The notes under the pieces: generated by a model
The model's input: only the letters and a program-made list of their open reading frames with translations
The model's database searches: none
Told to the model about the DNA's origin: nothing
Part shown: positions 29,475-40,075 of the stretch, piece by piece
Numbering within the stretch: position 1 is the first letter of the stretch
Layout of the letters: each line of letters starts with the position of its first letter
Made by a program: the position numbers and the translations under genes
Source of the DNA: an uncultured Muribaculaceae bacterium
GTDB lineage: Bacteria; Bacillota_I; Bacilli_A; RF39; UBA660
NCBI GenBank assembly: GCA_964481005.1
Contig: CAYZRY010000001.1
Coordinates: 6,446-70,445 of the forward strand
Direction of reading: 5' to 3'
DNA: 64,000 nt

Positions 29475-30566
29475 ATGTTAGATTTAATTAAAACTATTGA
29501 TGAGCGAAAAGCAGACCTGATTAAAAAGGGTAAAGAAAATGGTTTTGTAACTTATGAAGAAATAGCGGATGAGTTAAAGGGACTAGATGTCGATAGTGAT
29601 ACACTTGATGATTTATACAATGCGTTAGTTGATAACCAAATTGATGTTATCTCTGATTCAGCGGATAATGATGTCAAGGAAAGTGAAACTCCGGAAGAAA
29701 TAGTGGTCGAAGATTTAACTTTTTCTAAGGATATTAAAATCAATGACCCAGTTAGAATGTACTTGAAAGAAATTGGACGAATTAATCTTTTGACAACTGA
29801 AGAAGAATTCGAATATGCTAGATTAGCTGGAGATGGTGATGAACGTGCTAAACAGATGTTGGCCGAGTCAAACCTTCGTCTAGTTGTCAGTATTGCTAAA
29901 AGATATGTTGGACGTGGAATGTTATTCCTAGATCTAATTCAAGAAGGTAATATTGGACTTATGAAAGCTGTTGAAAAGTTTGACTTTTCTAAAGGGTTTA
30001 AGTTTTCAACTTATGCTACTTGGTGGATACGTCAAGCGATAACAAGAGCTATTGCTGACCAAGCTAGAACTATCAGAGTTCCAGTACATATGGTCGAAAC
30101 AATCAATAAGTTAGCACGTGTTCAGCGTCAGTTAACACAGGAATTAAACCGTGAACCAAGCGATGATGAGCTTGCTAAGAAACTTGGAATTACAGTTGAG
30201 AAGGTCAGAGAAATATATAAGATTTCACAAGATCCAGTCTCACTTGAAACACCAATTGGTGAAGAAGATGATTCACATCTTGGAGACTTTATCAAAGATG
30301 TAAATACTATGTCACCAGAAGAATATACAACAATGGAAATGCTTAAAAATGAACTTTCAGATGTCCTACTTACTTTGACTGATAGAGAAGAAAAAGTTTT
30401 ACGCCTTCGCTTCGGACTAGATGATGGACAATGTTTAACTCTTGAAGAAGTTGGTCAAATTTTTGGAGTAACGCGTGAGCGTATTCGTCAGATTGAAGCC
30501 AAAGCGCTAAGAAAGCTTAGACATCCATCTAGAAGTAGAAAACTTAAGGATTTTCTAATCGACTAA
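29475..30566 (+). CDS. sigA: RNA polymerase sigma factor SigA (RpoD)
   Basis: Regions 2 to 4: [76 protein letters not shown]. Confidence 0.9.
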   Translation: MLDLIKTIDERKADLIKKGKENGFVTYEEIADELKGLDVDSDTLDDLYNALVDNQIDVISDSADNDVKESETPEEIVVEDLTFSKDIKINDPVRMYLKEIGRINLLTTEEEFEYARLAGDGDERAKQMLAESNLRLVVSIAKRYVGRGMLFLDLIQEGNIGLMKAVEKFDFSKGFKFSTYATWWIRQAITRAIADQARTIRVPVHMVETINKLARVQRQLTQELNREPSDDELAKKLGITVEKVREIYKISQDPVSLETPIGEEDDSHLGDFIKDVNTMSPEEYTTMEMLKNELSDVLLTLTDREEKVLRLRFGLDDGQCLTLEEVGQIFGVTRERIRQIEAKALRKLRHPSRSRKLKDFLID

Positions 30567-31210
30567 TGATATCAAAAAGATTAAAATCCTTGGCTAACCA
30601 TGCCAAGGATTCTATGTTTATATTGGATGTCGGCTGTGATCATGGGCTGCTAAGTATTCATTTAGCCCAAGCAGGCAAAAAGTTGATTGCTTCAGATATT
30701 GCCAAAGAACCACTAGAAGTAGCTAGAAGAAATATCAAACGAGCAGGACTTGATAATATTCAAGTAGTTTTAGCTCCAGGCTTAAAAGCCATCGATGAAA
30801 AAGTTGATACAGTCATCATCGCTGGAATGGGTAATGCGACAATGCAAAATATTATCGAAGAAGATTATCATCTTCTAAAAAGTGTCAATAAATTGATTGT
30901 TTCACCACATACAGAAGTCGCAGACTTTCGCAAATATATAACCAATAAAGGTTTTTATATAACTGATGAAGAAGTAGTCTATGATAAAGGTAAATACTAT
31001 ACCATCATTGTTTTAGAAAAGGGCAGTCGCAGTTATAGTGAAAAAGAGTTATTTCTTGGGCCAGTACTGATGAAAGAAAAAACTAAAACTTATTTAGAAT
31101 ATTGTCAGCAAGAGTTACTAAATAAAAGAAAAATTTTAGATAAATACGATGCTAAAAATAAAGAGTTAATCGAAGAAGTAAAAAGACTTGAGGAATTAAT
31201 AAATTCCTAA
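30566..31210 (+). CDS. trmK: tRNA (adenine22-N1)-methyltransferase TrmK-like SAM-dependent methyltransferase
   Basis: ILDVGCDHGLLSIHLAQAG...ASDI SAM-binding fold. Conserved dnaG-sigA-yqfN synteny. Confidence 0.75.
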   Translation: MISKRLKSLANHAKDSMFILDVGCDHGLLSIHLAQAGKKLIASDIAKEPLEVARRNIKRAGLDNIQVVLAPGLKAIDEKVDTVIIAGMGNATMQNIIEEDYHLLKSVNKLIVSPHTEVADFRKYITNKGFYITDEEVVYDKGKYYTIIVLEKGSRSYSEKELFLGPVLMKEKTKTYLEYCQQELLNKRKILDKYDAKNKELIEEVKRLEELINS

Positions 31211-31220
31211 GTCTTTTTTT
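31191..31220 (+). terminator. Rho-independent terminator
   Basis: AGGAATT-aata-AATTCCT followed by aagtcTTTTTTT. Confidence 0.65.
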
Positions 31221-31264
31221 ATGTCAATGAATAGTAATTTTTAACTATTATTTTTTATAAAGGG

Positions 31265-31273
31265 TGGTATAAT
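31265..31273 (+). promoter_or_regulatory. Extended -10 (TGgTATAAT) upstream of the pilin-like gene
   Basis: TG-extended TATAAT 25 nt upstream of the start codon. Confidence 0.4.
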
Positions 31274-31297
31274 TATATATAATAGAGGTGGTTTAGT

Positions 31298-32980
31298 TTG
31301 AAGAAACAAGGTTTTACTTTAATTGAAGTAATTGGTGTAGTAGTAATCATTGGTTTAGTTCTTATGATTGTTTTTCCTACGCTTTCTAAACTTATGTTAA
31401 ATAATAATACTAAGAAGTTTGATAATTATTACATGATGATTGAAGAGGCATCTAAAGTATATGCCGGAACACTTAAAGATAAGATGGGACCAGCAACACA
31501 AAATGGTTGTGCTGAGTTTACCTTGACTGATTTAGTTAGTAGGGACTACATCAAAGAATATAAAGATAAGAGAACTACTTGTAGTATAACTTCGACTAAG
31601 ATAAGAGTTAAAAATACTAGAGGTAAGATTGAAACATTTTTTAAACTTAAATGTTCTGATCAAGTTCCTAGTACTAGCGATTATATTAAAGGAGTAGATG
31701 ATGTAGCTAACTGTATTGCTTACACTAAAAATGAAGCTAATACTTTGTATAATGCTGTCAAAGTAAATAGTGCTCAAACAACTAGAGATGTAAATGTAGT
31801 ATATATTACCAATGATCCAGTTAAGGCTTTAAATAAATACTTATACTATTCTGGTGGTCTTTGGCAAATTGTCAGCTATGACGAGTTGCAAGAAACAGTC
31901 AAGGTCTTAAGTCTAGATTACACTGCAGCTCTTCCGTTTAATGCTAAACAAAATAATAATTATGTTGGAAGTACTATTTCAAAATGGCTTGAAAATGTCT
32001 ATTTACCAACCTTAAAAAATCATGAAGAGTATCTGACAATCAGTAATTATGATACAACCCCTAGTGCAAACTTTGATTTACCGACTGCTACTAATCCAGC
32101 CAAAGTAGTCAAGTCAAAAATTGGACTATTAAGTGCTTATGAAGCTCGTAAGATTAAACATCCAACAGGAAGTGGAATACTAAATCGTTGGACTTTGAGT
32201 GAGGGAGCAGCCGGAACAAACGTAGCCTTTACTCAGGATAATATGAACTTATTTGATAAGCTATCTCACAGTTATGGAATGGTTATTCCTGTTATTACTT
32301 TTGCTGCTGATGTTGAATTGTTAAAGGGAACAGGAACACAAGCCGATCCATATATAATTGAACCAGATTACAAAGGGGAAAAAGGTCAAACTATCGATAG
32401 TAGACCAGCTGGAGAATATGTTTATCTTAATTATGGAGGAGCAAATGCAGCCTTTAGAATAATGGGTAAAGACGTCGATGGTAACGTCAGAGTTAATCGT
32501 TATACTGGAACTGCTATGAAATTTGATGAGACTACTTTTGATTTTTCAAGTAGTGATATACAGCAATATTTAAATACGACTGAATATAATAAATTCTCTG
32601 CCGCAGCTAAAACACTACTAGTCGATGGATATTTCTGTAATGACGTTATAAATGATACAATCATGAAAACTAACGATTCATTCTTTACAACAACTTGTAC
32701 TGATCCAGGTAAAGTTAAAATGTATAAAGTAGGACTTTTCAGAGTAGGGGAGCTTTATTCACAACAGGGACTTACTCAAAAAATATGGACCTTAAATCCT
32801 AATAATGCTTCGCCTGATCAATTTGGTTCAACTATCAATGTCATAAATGGTGACTATACTGTCACTCCAGAACTAGTCAACAATGTGTCTATTAGTTACA
32901 ATATCGTCGTAACTATCAATAAAGCCGCTTTAATTGATAGTGGTGAAGGTACTAAAACATCACCGTATGTTATAAAATAA
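31298..32980 (+). CDS. Large modular type IV prepilin-like protein (560 aa)
   Basis: Class III signal MKKQG|FTLIEVIGVVVIIGLVLMIV (Gly-1, Phe+1, Glu+5, hydrophobic helix), followed by about 520 aa of unrecognised beta-rich sequence. Initiates at TTG with GAGGTGG RBS. Confidence 0.7.
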   Translation: MKKQGFTLIEVIGVVVIIGLVLMIVFPTLSKLMLNNNTKKFDNYYMMIEEASKVYAGTLKDKMGPATQNGCAEFTLTDLVSRDYIKEYKDKRTTCSITSTKIRVKNTRGKIETFFKLKCSDQVPSTSDYIKGVDDVANCIAYTKNEANTLYNAVKVNSAQTTRDVNVVYITNDPVKALNKYLYYSGGLWQIVSYDELQETVKVLSLDYTAALPFNAKQNNNYVGSTISKWLENVYLPTLKNHEEYLTISNYDTTPSANFDLPTATNPAKVVKSKIGLLSAYEARKIKHPTGSGILNRWTLSEGAAGTNVAFTQDNMNLFDKLSHSYGMVIPVITFAADVELLKGTGTQADPYIIEPDYKGEKGQTIDSRPAGEYVYLNYGGANAAFRIMGKDVDGNVRVNRYTGTAMKFDETTFDFSSSDIQQYLNTTEYNKFSAAAKTLLVDGYFCNDVINDTIMKTNDSFFTTTCTDPGKVKMYKVGLFRVGELYSQQGLTQKIWTLNPNNASPDQFGSTINVINGDYTVTPELVNNVSISYNIVVTINKAALIDSGEGTKTSPYVIK

Positions 32981-32982
32981 CT

Positions 32983-33010
32983 TTACAAACAAGGCTTATT
33001 TGTATATAAT
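32983..33010 (+). promoter_or_regulatory. Sigma-A promoter for the T-box leader
   Basis: TTTACA, 16-nt spacer, TATAAT. Confidence 0.5.
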
Positions 33011-33019
33011 TACTCTAGA

Positions 33020-33216
33020 ACTTTGATCTTGAGGGGTCATGCAGTAATTTTAAAGAGACTGGGTGTTTGGTGTAAACCTAGAAATGAGAGCATGATTTGT
33101 AGCAAGGGAGTTGAAAGACTGAGCTTAGTAAGTTTTTCCGGTAATGCGTTATAGTAAAGAGAAGTAATTAAGGTGGTACCACGATCATTCGTCCTTTGGG
33201 ATGAATGATTTTTATT
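33020..33216 (+). promoter_or_regulatory. T-box riboswitch leader (Val-type by context) with intrinsic terminator
   Basis: Conserved T-box sequence AATTAAGGTGGTACCACG at 33166-33183. Terminator ATCATTCGTCC-tttg-GGATGAATGAT followed by TTTTATTT. AGAGA-containing stem-I region upstream. Confidence 0.7.
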
Positions 33217-33227
33217 TGGAGGAAATA

Positions 33228-33968
33228 GTGTTATACGAAGAATTAGAGAAGAAGTTTGATGAATATGTCAGTAGTTACAATTTGAGCCAGAAACACGTTG
33301 CTTTAAAAAATGTTCATACTCACGAGGTAGCCAAGGTAATGAATTTACTTTGTGAAAAACTAAAGTTAAATGAAAGAGATAGATACTTAGCTTTGGTAAT
33401 TGCTTTCTTCCATGATGCTGGAAGATTTCCTCAGTTAATTGAAACAGGCAGCTATTCAGATTTTAATTACAATCATGCAATAAAATCATGTGAAGTAATT
33501 GCTGAAAGAAATGTTTTAGAAGAGCTCGGTTTAAATGAAGAAGAAAAAACTCTAGTAAACAGGGCAATCTTTAACCACAATCGTCTATATCTAGAAGAAG
33601 ATTTAAATGAGCGAGAAAAGCTCTTTAGTAAAATGATTAGAGATGCCGATAAGATTGATATCTTTAGAGTAGCAGTCGATAATTTTAGAGATTATTTTGA
33701 TGATGATCCTAGTCCTAAAGTAATGGAGGACTTCCTACTAGAGAAATCGATAGATAGTAACGATATAAATAATCAAGCAGATAAAATTATGCAACGTTTA
33801 GCATTTCTATACGACATAAATTTTAAAGAAAGTTTTGAAATATTATCTGAAAATAAGTATTTTATACTTTATGTTGAAGACATCAAATACAATGAAAATA
33901 AAATAGAATCATATAATAAAGTAATGAGTAAAACATTAACTTACTATGAAGGGAGAATACTATGTTAG
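33228..33968 (+). CDS. HD-domain phosphohydrolase-like protein
   Basis: H...HD motif ([16 protein letters not shown]). GTG start after GGAGG; the track ORF start at 33201 lies inside the terminator stem. 7-nt overlap with valS. Confidence 0.65.
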   Translation: MLYEELEKKFDEYVSSYNLSQKHVALKNVHTHEVAKVMNLLCEKLKLNERDRYLALVIAFFHDAGRFPQLIETGSYSDFNYNHAIKSCEVIAERNVLEELGLNEEEKTLVNRAIFNHNRLYLEEDLNEREKLFSKMIRDADKIDIFRVAVDNFRDYFDDDPSPKVMEDFLLEKSIDSNDINNQADKIMQRLAFLYDINFKESFEILSENKYFILYVEDIKYNENKIESYNKVMSKTLTYYEGRILC

Positions 33969-36487
33969 ATAAAAAATATAATCATAGAGAAGTAGAAGAA
34001 AACAAGTATCAAGCTTGGCTAGAGGCTGATTTGTTTAAGTCTGGAAAAGATTTAAGTAAAGAGCCATTTTGTATTGTTATACCACCACCAAATGTCACTG
34101 GGAGATTACATTTAGGACATGCTTGGGACGTAACACTTCAAGATATAATAATTAGATATAAAAAACTAAAGGGTTATGATGTTCTTTGGCTTCCTGGAAT
34201 GGATCATGCTGGTATTGCAACGCAGGCTAAAGTAGATGCTAGACTTAAAGAAATGGGAATAGCTCCTCGTCAATTAGATAGAGATAAATGGCTTGAATAT
34301 GCTTGGGATTGGAAAAAGGAATACAGTGAAAGTATTCGTCAGCAATGGGGAAAACTAGGGTTGCACCTAGATTATTCGAAAGAAAGATTTACTTTAGATG
34401 AGGGCTTAAACAAAGCTGTCAATCATGTATTTATCAAGCTTTACGAAGATGGTTTAATATATCGCGGAGAACGTATTATTAACTGGGATCCTGAAGCGAT
34501 GACAGCTCTTTCAAATGAAGAAGTTATATATAAAGATGTCGAAGGGGCTTTCTATCACATAAAGTATTTTTTAGAAGATAGTAATCAGTATTTAGTTTTA
34601 GCAACTACGAGACCTGAGACAATGTTTGGAGACGTAGCAGTAGCAGTTAATCCAAATGATGAACGTTATCAAGAGATGATAGGTAAAAATGTCATTTTGC
34701 CTGTTGTTGGTAAACTTATTCCGATTATCGCTGATGAACATGCTGATCCAGAGTTTGGAACGGGTGTTGTTAAAATAACTCCGGCTCATGATCCTAACGA
34801 TTTTGAAGTTGGTAATAGACATAATCTCGAAAGAGTAGTTGTTATCGACAATGATGGAAAGATGAACGACAAAGCTGGTAAATATGCTGGAATGGATCGC
34901 TTTGCTTGTCGAGAGGAAGTTGTCAAAGAACTCGAAGCTAGTGGCAATTTACTAAAAGTTGAAAAGATGGTTCATAGCGTTGGACACTCAGAGCGTACAA
35001 ATGTCATGATTGAGCCATACTTATCTAAACAATGGTTTGTTAAAATGAGGCCACTTGCTGATAGAGTACTAGAAAATCAAAAAGATAAGAAAAACAAAGT
35101 TAATTTTGTTCCAAGTAGATTTGAAAAAATTATGAATCACTGGATGGAAATAACATATGACTGGTGTATATCTAGACAGTTATGGTGGGGACATCAAATA
35201 CCTGCTTGGTACCGTGAAGAAGAAGTTTATGTTGGCGAAGAAGCACCAGAAGGTGATGGTTGGGTGCGAGATCCAGATGTTTTAGATACGTGGTTCTCAA
35301 GTGCTCTGTGGCCGTTTTCAACACTAGGCTGGCCTGAAGAAACAGCTGACTTTAAAAGATATTATCCAGGTAATGTACTAGTTACAGGTTATGACATTAT
35401 TCCATTTTGGGTTAATCGTATGACTTTTCAAGGGTTACACTTTACTGGTCAAAGACCTTTTGAAGATTGTTTAATCCACGGACTTATTCGTGATAAAGAA
35501 GGCCGTAAGATGAGTAAATCACTTGGTAATGGAATAGATCCGATGGATGTCATTGACCAGTATGGAGCGGACTCACTTAGATTCTTTGCAACGACCAGTA
35601 CTGCACCAGGACAAGACTTAAGATTTGACGAAGAGAAAGTTGCTTCGACATGGAATTTTATCAACAAACTATGGAATGCTTCACGTTTTGTCTTCATGAA
35701 AACCGAAGGAATTAGCAAAGAAGATCTTACAATGGATGAACTATCCCTTAGTGATAAATGGATATTAACAAAACGTAATAACGTGATTAAAAATGTTCAA
35801 AAAGCTATGGATAAGTATGAGTTTCATACAGCTGGAAACATGCTTTATGAATTTATTTGGAACGATTATTGTGACTGGTATATTGAACTTACAAAAAATA
35901 CTGAATCAAGTACTAGTAAAACAGTCTTATTGACAGTTCTTAAAGATATTTTAGTTATGTTATCACCATTTATGCCACATGTTTGTGATGAAATATATGC
36001 TAAACTACTTATCAAAGATCAAGACTTTATCTCTGAAGAGACATATCCAGTTGTATCATCTTCTTACGATGAAGAAATGGAACTAGTTGAAAAAGTTATT
36101 GCTGACATAGTTGCAATCAGAAATATGAAAGCTAAAAATAGTGTTACTAAAGATGCTAAAGTGATGGTACAAGTTAGCGATGACCTAAGAGATATATACT
36201 TTAGTCAGCTTAAGATAAAAGAAGAAAATTTAGCTCAGTTAAGCGAAGAACAAATTGTTTATAAATCAGAAAGAATAGCGATTGTTTATCAGCAACAAAG
36301 TACATTAAATGTCGAAGAGTTAAATAAAGAAATAGAAAATTTGAAAGCCATTATTGCTAAAAGAAAAGCTTTACTAGCTAATGAAAATTATCTAGCTAAA
36401 GCCCCTAGTAATATTGTTGAAGCAGACAGATTAAAATTAGCCGAAGAAGAAGCACAGTTACAAGTTTTAGAAGATAGAGCTAGATAA
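33962..36487 (+). CDS. valS: Valine--tRNA ligase
   Basis: HIGH motif ([14 protein letters not shown]), KMSKS (RKMSKSLGN), editing domain, C-terminal coiled coil. Confidence 0.95.
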   Translation: MLDKKYNHREVEENKYQAWLEADLFKSGKDLSKEPFCIVIPPPNVTGRLHLGHAWDVTLQDIIIRYKKLKGYDVLWLPGMDHAGIATQAKVDARLKEMGIAPRQLDRDKWLEYAWDWKKEYSESIRQQWGKLGLHLDYSKERFTLDEGLNKAVNHVFIKLYEDGLIYRGERIINWDPEAMTALSNEEVIYKDVEGAFYHIKYFLEDSNQYLVLATTRPETMFGDVAVAVNPNDERYQEMIGKNVILPVVGKLIPIIADEHADPEFGTGVVKITPAHDPNDFEVGNRHNLERVVVIDNDGKMNDKAGKYAGMDRFACREEVVKELEASGNLLKVEKMVHSVGHSERTNVMIEPYLSKQWFVKMRPLADRVLENQKDKKNKVNFVPSRFEKIMNHWMEITYDWCISRQLWWGHQIPAWYREEEVYVGEEAPEGDGWVRDPDVLDTWFSSALWPFSTLGWPEETADFKRYYPGNVLVTGYDIIPFWVNRMTFQGLHFTGQRPFEDCLIHGLIRDKEGRKMSKSLGNGIDPMDVIDQYGADSLRFFATTSTAPGQDLRFDEEKVASTWNFINKLWNASRFVFMKTEGISKEDLTMDELSLSDKWILTKRNNVIKNVQKAMDKYEFHTAGNMLYEFIWNDYCDWYIELTKNTESSTSKTVLLTVLKDILVMLSPFMPHVCDEIYAKLLIKDQDFISEETYPVVSSSYDEEMELVEKVIADIVAIRNMKAKNSVTKDAKVMVQVSDDLRDIYFSQLKIKEENLAQLSEEQIVYKSERIAIVYQQQSTLNVEELNKEIENLKAIIAKRKALLANENYLAKAPSNIVEADRLKLAEEEAQLQVLEDRAR

Positions 36488-36505
36488 TAGCTCTTTTTCT
36501 TTTTA
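36476..36505 (+). terminator. Rho-independent terminator after valS
   Basis: AGAGCTA-gataa-TAGCTCT followed by TTTTTCTTTTT. Confidence 0.65.
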
Positions 36506-36538
36506 TTAAAATACTATATAATGAAGTAGGTGATAAAG

Positions 36539-37474
36539 ATGGAAAAAATTAAAGTAGTATTTATGGGAACACCTGAGTTTGCTACTAGACCCCTTGAAGT
36601 TTTAATCAATAATTATGATGTTGTCGCAGTTGTAACACAGCCTGATAAAGCAGGTAATCGTGGGAAAGTAATATATTCACCGGTTAAACAGTTAGCACTA
36701 GATAAAGCTATTAAAGTTCTCCAGCCAGAGAAAATTAGAAGTAATTATCAAGCAGTACTTGATACAAATGCTGATGTTATTGTGACCTGTGCATACGGAC
36801 AAATTATTCCAAAAGAGATATTAGATGCACCAAAATATGGATGTATCAATATTCATGCGTCACTCCTTCCAAAGTTGCGTGGTGGGGCACCGATTCATCG
36901 AAGTATTATAAATGGTGAAGAAAAAACTGGTGTGACAATCATGTACATGGATGAAAAGATGGACGAAGGTGACATGATTTGTGCTAAAGAAGTAGTTATT
37001 ACTGATAGTGATACCGTAGGTACTATTCATGACAAATTAAGTGAAGTCGGAGCAGCTCTAATAAAAGAGACTCTTCCTAAAATTATCGCTGGAACAAATG
37101 AAAGACATGGTCAAGATCATAGCCAGGCAACCTATGCTTACAACCTAAAAAAAGAAGATGAACTAGTCGATTTTAATAAACCAGCTCGTCAGGTATTTAA
37201 TCAAATTAGGGGACTAAATCCCTTTCCTGGAGCATATGCTATTTTAGATGGAAAAGTTATCAAGTTTTATGAGTTAGAACTAAGTGATAGAGCGTCTTCA
37301 ACCACTGGCATAATCACGGATATCGAGGATGATAAAATGTTTGTCTCGTGCCTAGACTATGATATAATTATTAAAGAAATAAAATATGAGGGGAGTCGCA
37401 AGATGACAGTCAAAGAATTCTTTAACGGTCGTTCCAAAGCCGACTTTATTGGTAAAGTATTTAATGGAAAATAA
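36539..37474 (+). CDS. fmt: Methionyl-tRNA formyltransferase
   Basis: MEKIKVVFMGTPEFA N-terminus and formyltransferase core (HASLLPKLRGGAPI). Confidence 0.85.
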   Translation: MEKIKVVFMGTPEFATRPLEVLINNYDVVAVVTQPDKAGNRGKVIYSPVKQLALDKAIKVLQPEKIRSNYQAVLDTNADVIVTCAYGQIIPKEILDAPKYGCINIHASLLPKLRGGAPIHRSIINGEEKTGVTIMYMDEKMDEGDMICAKEVVITDSDTVGTIHDKLSEVGAALIKETLPKIIAGTNERHGQDHSQATYAYNLKKEDELVDFNKPARQVFNQIRGLNPFPGAYAILDGKVIKFYELELSDRASSTTGIITDIEDDKMFVSCLDYDIIIKEIKYEGSRKMTVKEFFNGRSKADFIGKVFNGK

Positions 37475-38156
37475 AATTGAAACATTAAAAGAAAGATTCA
37501 CTGGCGATAAATTTAAATTAATATTTAATGTCGTTTTTTATGCACTGATGTTTATTCTTTTGTTTATGACACTTACATCAAGACAAAAAGCGACCAATGT
37601 TAAACCACAAAACAAACCAGATTACGAAGAGGTAACACTCGAAGGATTTGAAACTATCGATAAAAAGAATTTTGAATACAGTTATTCACTAGTTGTTGAT
37701 GATTCGACCTATGTATATAGTGGTAAGAAAAATAGTAACAAAGATATCTTTGCCGTTACTAATAAGGGACAAATTCAGAATTATTTTACTATTGATGATG
37801 TTGCCCTAATTCAAAATGGTGACAAATGGGAATTAGCTGAATACCCAATTATGTACTTTAATTATTTCAATACTGATCTAATTGAAAAAATAATTAATGC
37901 TAGTTTATTTTCTAAAAGTAAAAACCGCTATGAAATTACAACTAGTGCCATGCTAAGTATTTTTGATCCAGCCATTAGACTTGATAACAAATCTATAAAT
38001 ACAATTAATCTTGTTTATACCAATAAGACAATAAGTAGTATTGAAATGGATATTAGTGAACTAGCTAAACACTATGATAGCAATGTAACAAGTGCTAAAT
38101 TAAGCTTAAATTACTTAAAATTTGGTGAAGTAGAGCCAATAAATATCGAAAAATAA
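37464..38156 (+). CDS. Hypothetical membrane-anchored protein
   Basis: Single N-terminal TM (LIFNVVFYALMFILLFMTL). Overlaps the fmt stop. Track ORF begins at TTG 37449. Confidence 0.5.
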   Translation: MENKIETLKERFTGDKFKLIFNVVFYALMFILLFMTLTSRQKATNVKPQNKPDYEEVTLEGFETIDKKNFEYSYSLVVDDSTYVYSGKKNSNKDIFAVTNKGQIQNYFTIDDVALIQNGDKWELAEYPIMYFNYFNTDLIEKIINASLFSKSKNRYEITTSAMLSIFDPAIRLDNKSINTINLVYTNKTISSIEMDISELAKHYDSNVTSAKLSLNYLKFGEVEPINIEK

Positions 38157-38238
38157 CTATTGAATTATTAAAATAGCTAAAAAGGCTTGCAATTTCAGTC
38201 ATTTTATTATAAGATTTAGTAGTATTATTTTTCAGTAT

Positions 38239-38315
<77 letters not shown>

Positions 38316-38331
38316 TATTGAAGTAATCAGT

Positions 38332-38358
38332 TCAAACCTTCGTGTTTGACTTTTTTTT
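38332..38358 (+). terminator. Terminator after tRNA-Ile
   Basis: TCAAAC-cttcgt-GTTTGA followed by cTTTTTTTT. Confidence 0.45.
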
Positions 38359-38411
38359 GAAAAGTAATGAGAGCAGTAATTTTAAGCTCTAAATTATCAA
38401 ATTATATATTT

Positions 38412-38445
38412 TTGACTTGCAATTACTGGTTAATTATTATATAAT
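38412..38445 (+). promoter_or_regulatory. Candidate promoter for the tRNA-Asn/Glu pair
   Basis: TTGACT with downstream TATTAT/TATAAT candidates. Spacing 16 to 22 nt is ambiguous. Confidence 0.35.
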
Positions 38446-38453
38446 TTCTTTGT

Positions 38454-38530
38454 GCCTCAATAGCTCAGTTGGTTAGAGCACTTGACTGTTAATCAAGGGG
38501 TCCTAGGTTCAAGTCCTAGTTGAGGCGCCA
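38454..38530 (+). tRNA. tRNA-Asn (GTT)
   Basis: Acceptor GCCTCAA/TTGAGGC perfect. Anticodon stem CTTGA/TCAAG with loop CTGTTAA. Encoded CCA. Confidence 0.9.
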
Positions 38531-38538
38531 TTATAAGT

Positions 38539-38615
38539 GGCCAGTTGGTGAAGTGGCTTAACACACCGCCCTTTCACGGCGGCATTCACGGATTCGAATT
38601 CCGTACTGGTCACCA
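38539..38615 (+). tRNA. tRNA-Glu (TTC)
   Basis: GGCCAGTTGGTGAAGTGGCTTAACACACCGCCCTTTCACGGCGG... Anticodon loop CTTTCAC. Encoded CCA. Confidence 0.9.
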
Positions 38616-38625
38616 AATTAAAAAT

Positions 38626-38648
38626 AGCTCTGCGAAGAGTTTTTTTTG
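38626..38648 (+). terminator. Terminator after the tRNA cluster
   Basis: aGCTCT-gcga-AGAGt followed by TTTTTTT. Confidence 0.5.
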
Positions 38649-38696
38649 TGCTTAAAATATGCTATAATTTAGCTACTGGAAAGAAGGAACTATATT

Positions 38697-39167
38697 ATGA
38701 AATATACTAAAAATAGAATATATATAATGGGATTTATCCTGCTTATTATTGATCAAATAAGTAAGTTAATTGCTCTTAAGTTTTTTAAAAATGAAATAGT
38801 TATCATAAATAATTTTTTAAGTTTAGATTTATCGAAGAATAGTGGGGCAGCTTTTGGTATTTTAGCTGATAAGCGTTTCTTTTTACTAATGATTACGGCA
38901 GCTATATTAATTGTCATATCTAGATTAATTAGAGATGAAGTATCGGTCGATCGTTTATCATTTTGGTCTTACGCTTTGCTTGTCGGAGGAATTCTAGGAA
39001 ACTTTGTCGATCGTTTGATAAATGGTTATGTCGTTGACTTTGTCAGTTTCAAATTATTTGGTAATCAAATGCCTATCTTTAATTTAGCTGATACATTTAT
39101 TGTGTTTGGGGCTATGTTAATATTATGGGAATTTTATAAGGAGTATCATGAAAATAGAAGTAAATAA
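38697..39167 (+). CDS. lspA: Lipoprotein signal peptidase II
   Basis: NxGAAFG and FVDRLINGYVVDF motifs. 4 TM segments. Confidence 0.9.
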   Translation: MKYTKNRIYIMGFILLIIDQISKLIALKFFKNEIVIINNFLSLDLSKNSGAAFGILADKRFFLLMITAAILIVISRLIRDEVSVDRLSFWSYALLVGGILGNFVDRLINGYVVDFVSFKLFGNQMPIFNLADTFIVFGAMLILWEFYKEYHENRSK

Positions 39168-40017
39168 AACAGGTGAGCGAATCGATACATTTCTTGCCGA
39201 AGAGTTATCGGTCAGTAGAACTAAAATTCAAAATATGATTGATGAAATTAAAGTTAATGATCAAACTATTACAAAAAATTATCGTCTTGCCGAAGGTGAT
39301 GTTATAACAATGCCTGAGTTAGTTCCTGAATCAAATGAGATAGTTGCCGAAGATATACCACTTGATATTGTCTATGAAGATGAAGATTTGATGGTAATAA
39401 ACAAAGCTAGTGGCATGGTTGTTCATCCAGCCCCAGGTAACATGAGTGGAACTTTGGTCAACGCGCTTTTGGCAATGGGTGATATGCCTGGAGATGAAGA
39501 TCGCCCAGGGATAGTTCATCGCCTCGATAAAGATACCAGTGGTTTGATGATTGTCGCTAAAAGTGAATTTGCTTACCAAAAACTAATTGAAATGATGGCT
39601 AAAAAGAAAGTTGTTCGCAAATACCTTGCTTTGGTCGATGGCATTATTCCGCATGAGACCGGAACGGTCGATGCTCCGATTGGAAGAGATGAAGCTAATC
39701 GCCAAAAGATGGCTGTTACCGCAACTAACAGTAAAGAAGCAGTGACACACTTTAGAGTTTTAGAGCGTTTTCCTAATAACACTTTGCTTGAATGCACACT
39801 TGAAACAGGACGAACCCATCAAATAAGAGTTCACATGGCCTATATCGATTTTCCAATAACTAACGATATTTTATACGGTAAAAATATTATCGATAAAGAT
39901 TTTGGTCAAATGCTACATTCATACTATATAGCATTTAAACATCCACGTAGCAAGGAACAGTTAAGCTTTGAAGTTAAGGTGCCACAAGACTTTGAAAAAA
40001 TATGTAATAATCTATAA
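39148..40017 (+). CDS. rluD: 23S rRNA pseudouridine synthase, RluD/RluA family
   Basis: S4-like N-terminus. HRLDKDTSGLM catalytic Asp motif. Confidence 0.9.
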   Translation: MKIEVNKTGERIDTFLAEELSVSRTKIQNMIDEIKVNDQTITKNYRLAEGDVITMPELVPESNEIVAEDIPLDIVYEDEDLMVINKASGMVVHPAPGNMSGTLVNALLAMGDMPGDEDRPGIVHRLDKDTSGLMIVAKSEFAYQKLIEMMAKKKVVRKYLALVDGIIPHETGTVDAPIGRDEANRQKMAVTATNSKEAVTHFRVLERFPNNTLLECTLETGRTHQIRVHMAYIDFPITNDILYGKNIIDKDFGQMLHSYYIAFKHPRSKEQLSFEVKVPQDFEKICNNL

Positions 40018-40075
40018 ATTTATTTATTTTAATAGTTAAATAATATATACTTTTATTAGTAGGAAGGAGAGAAAT

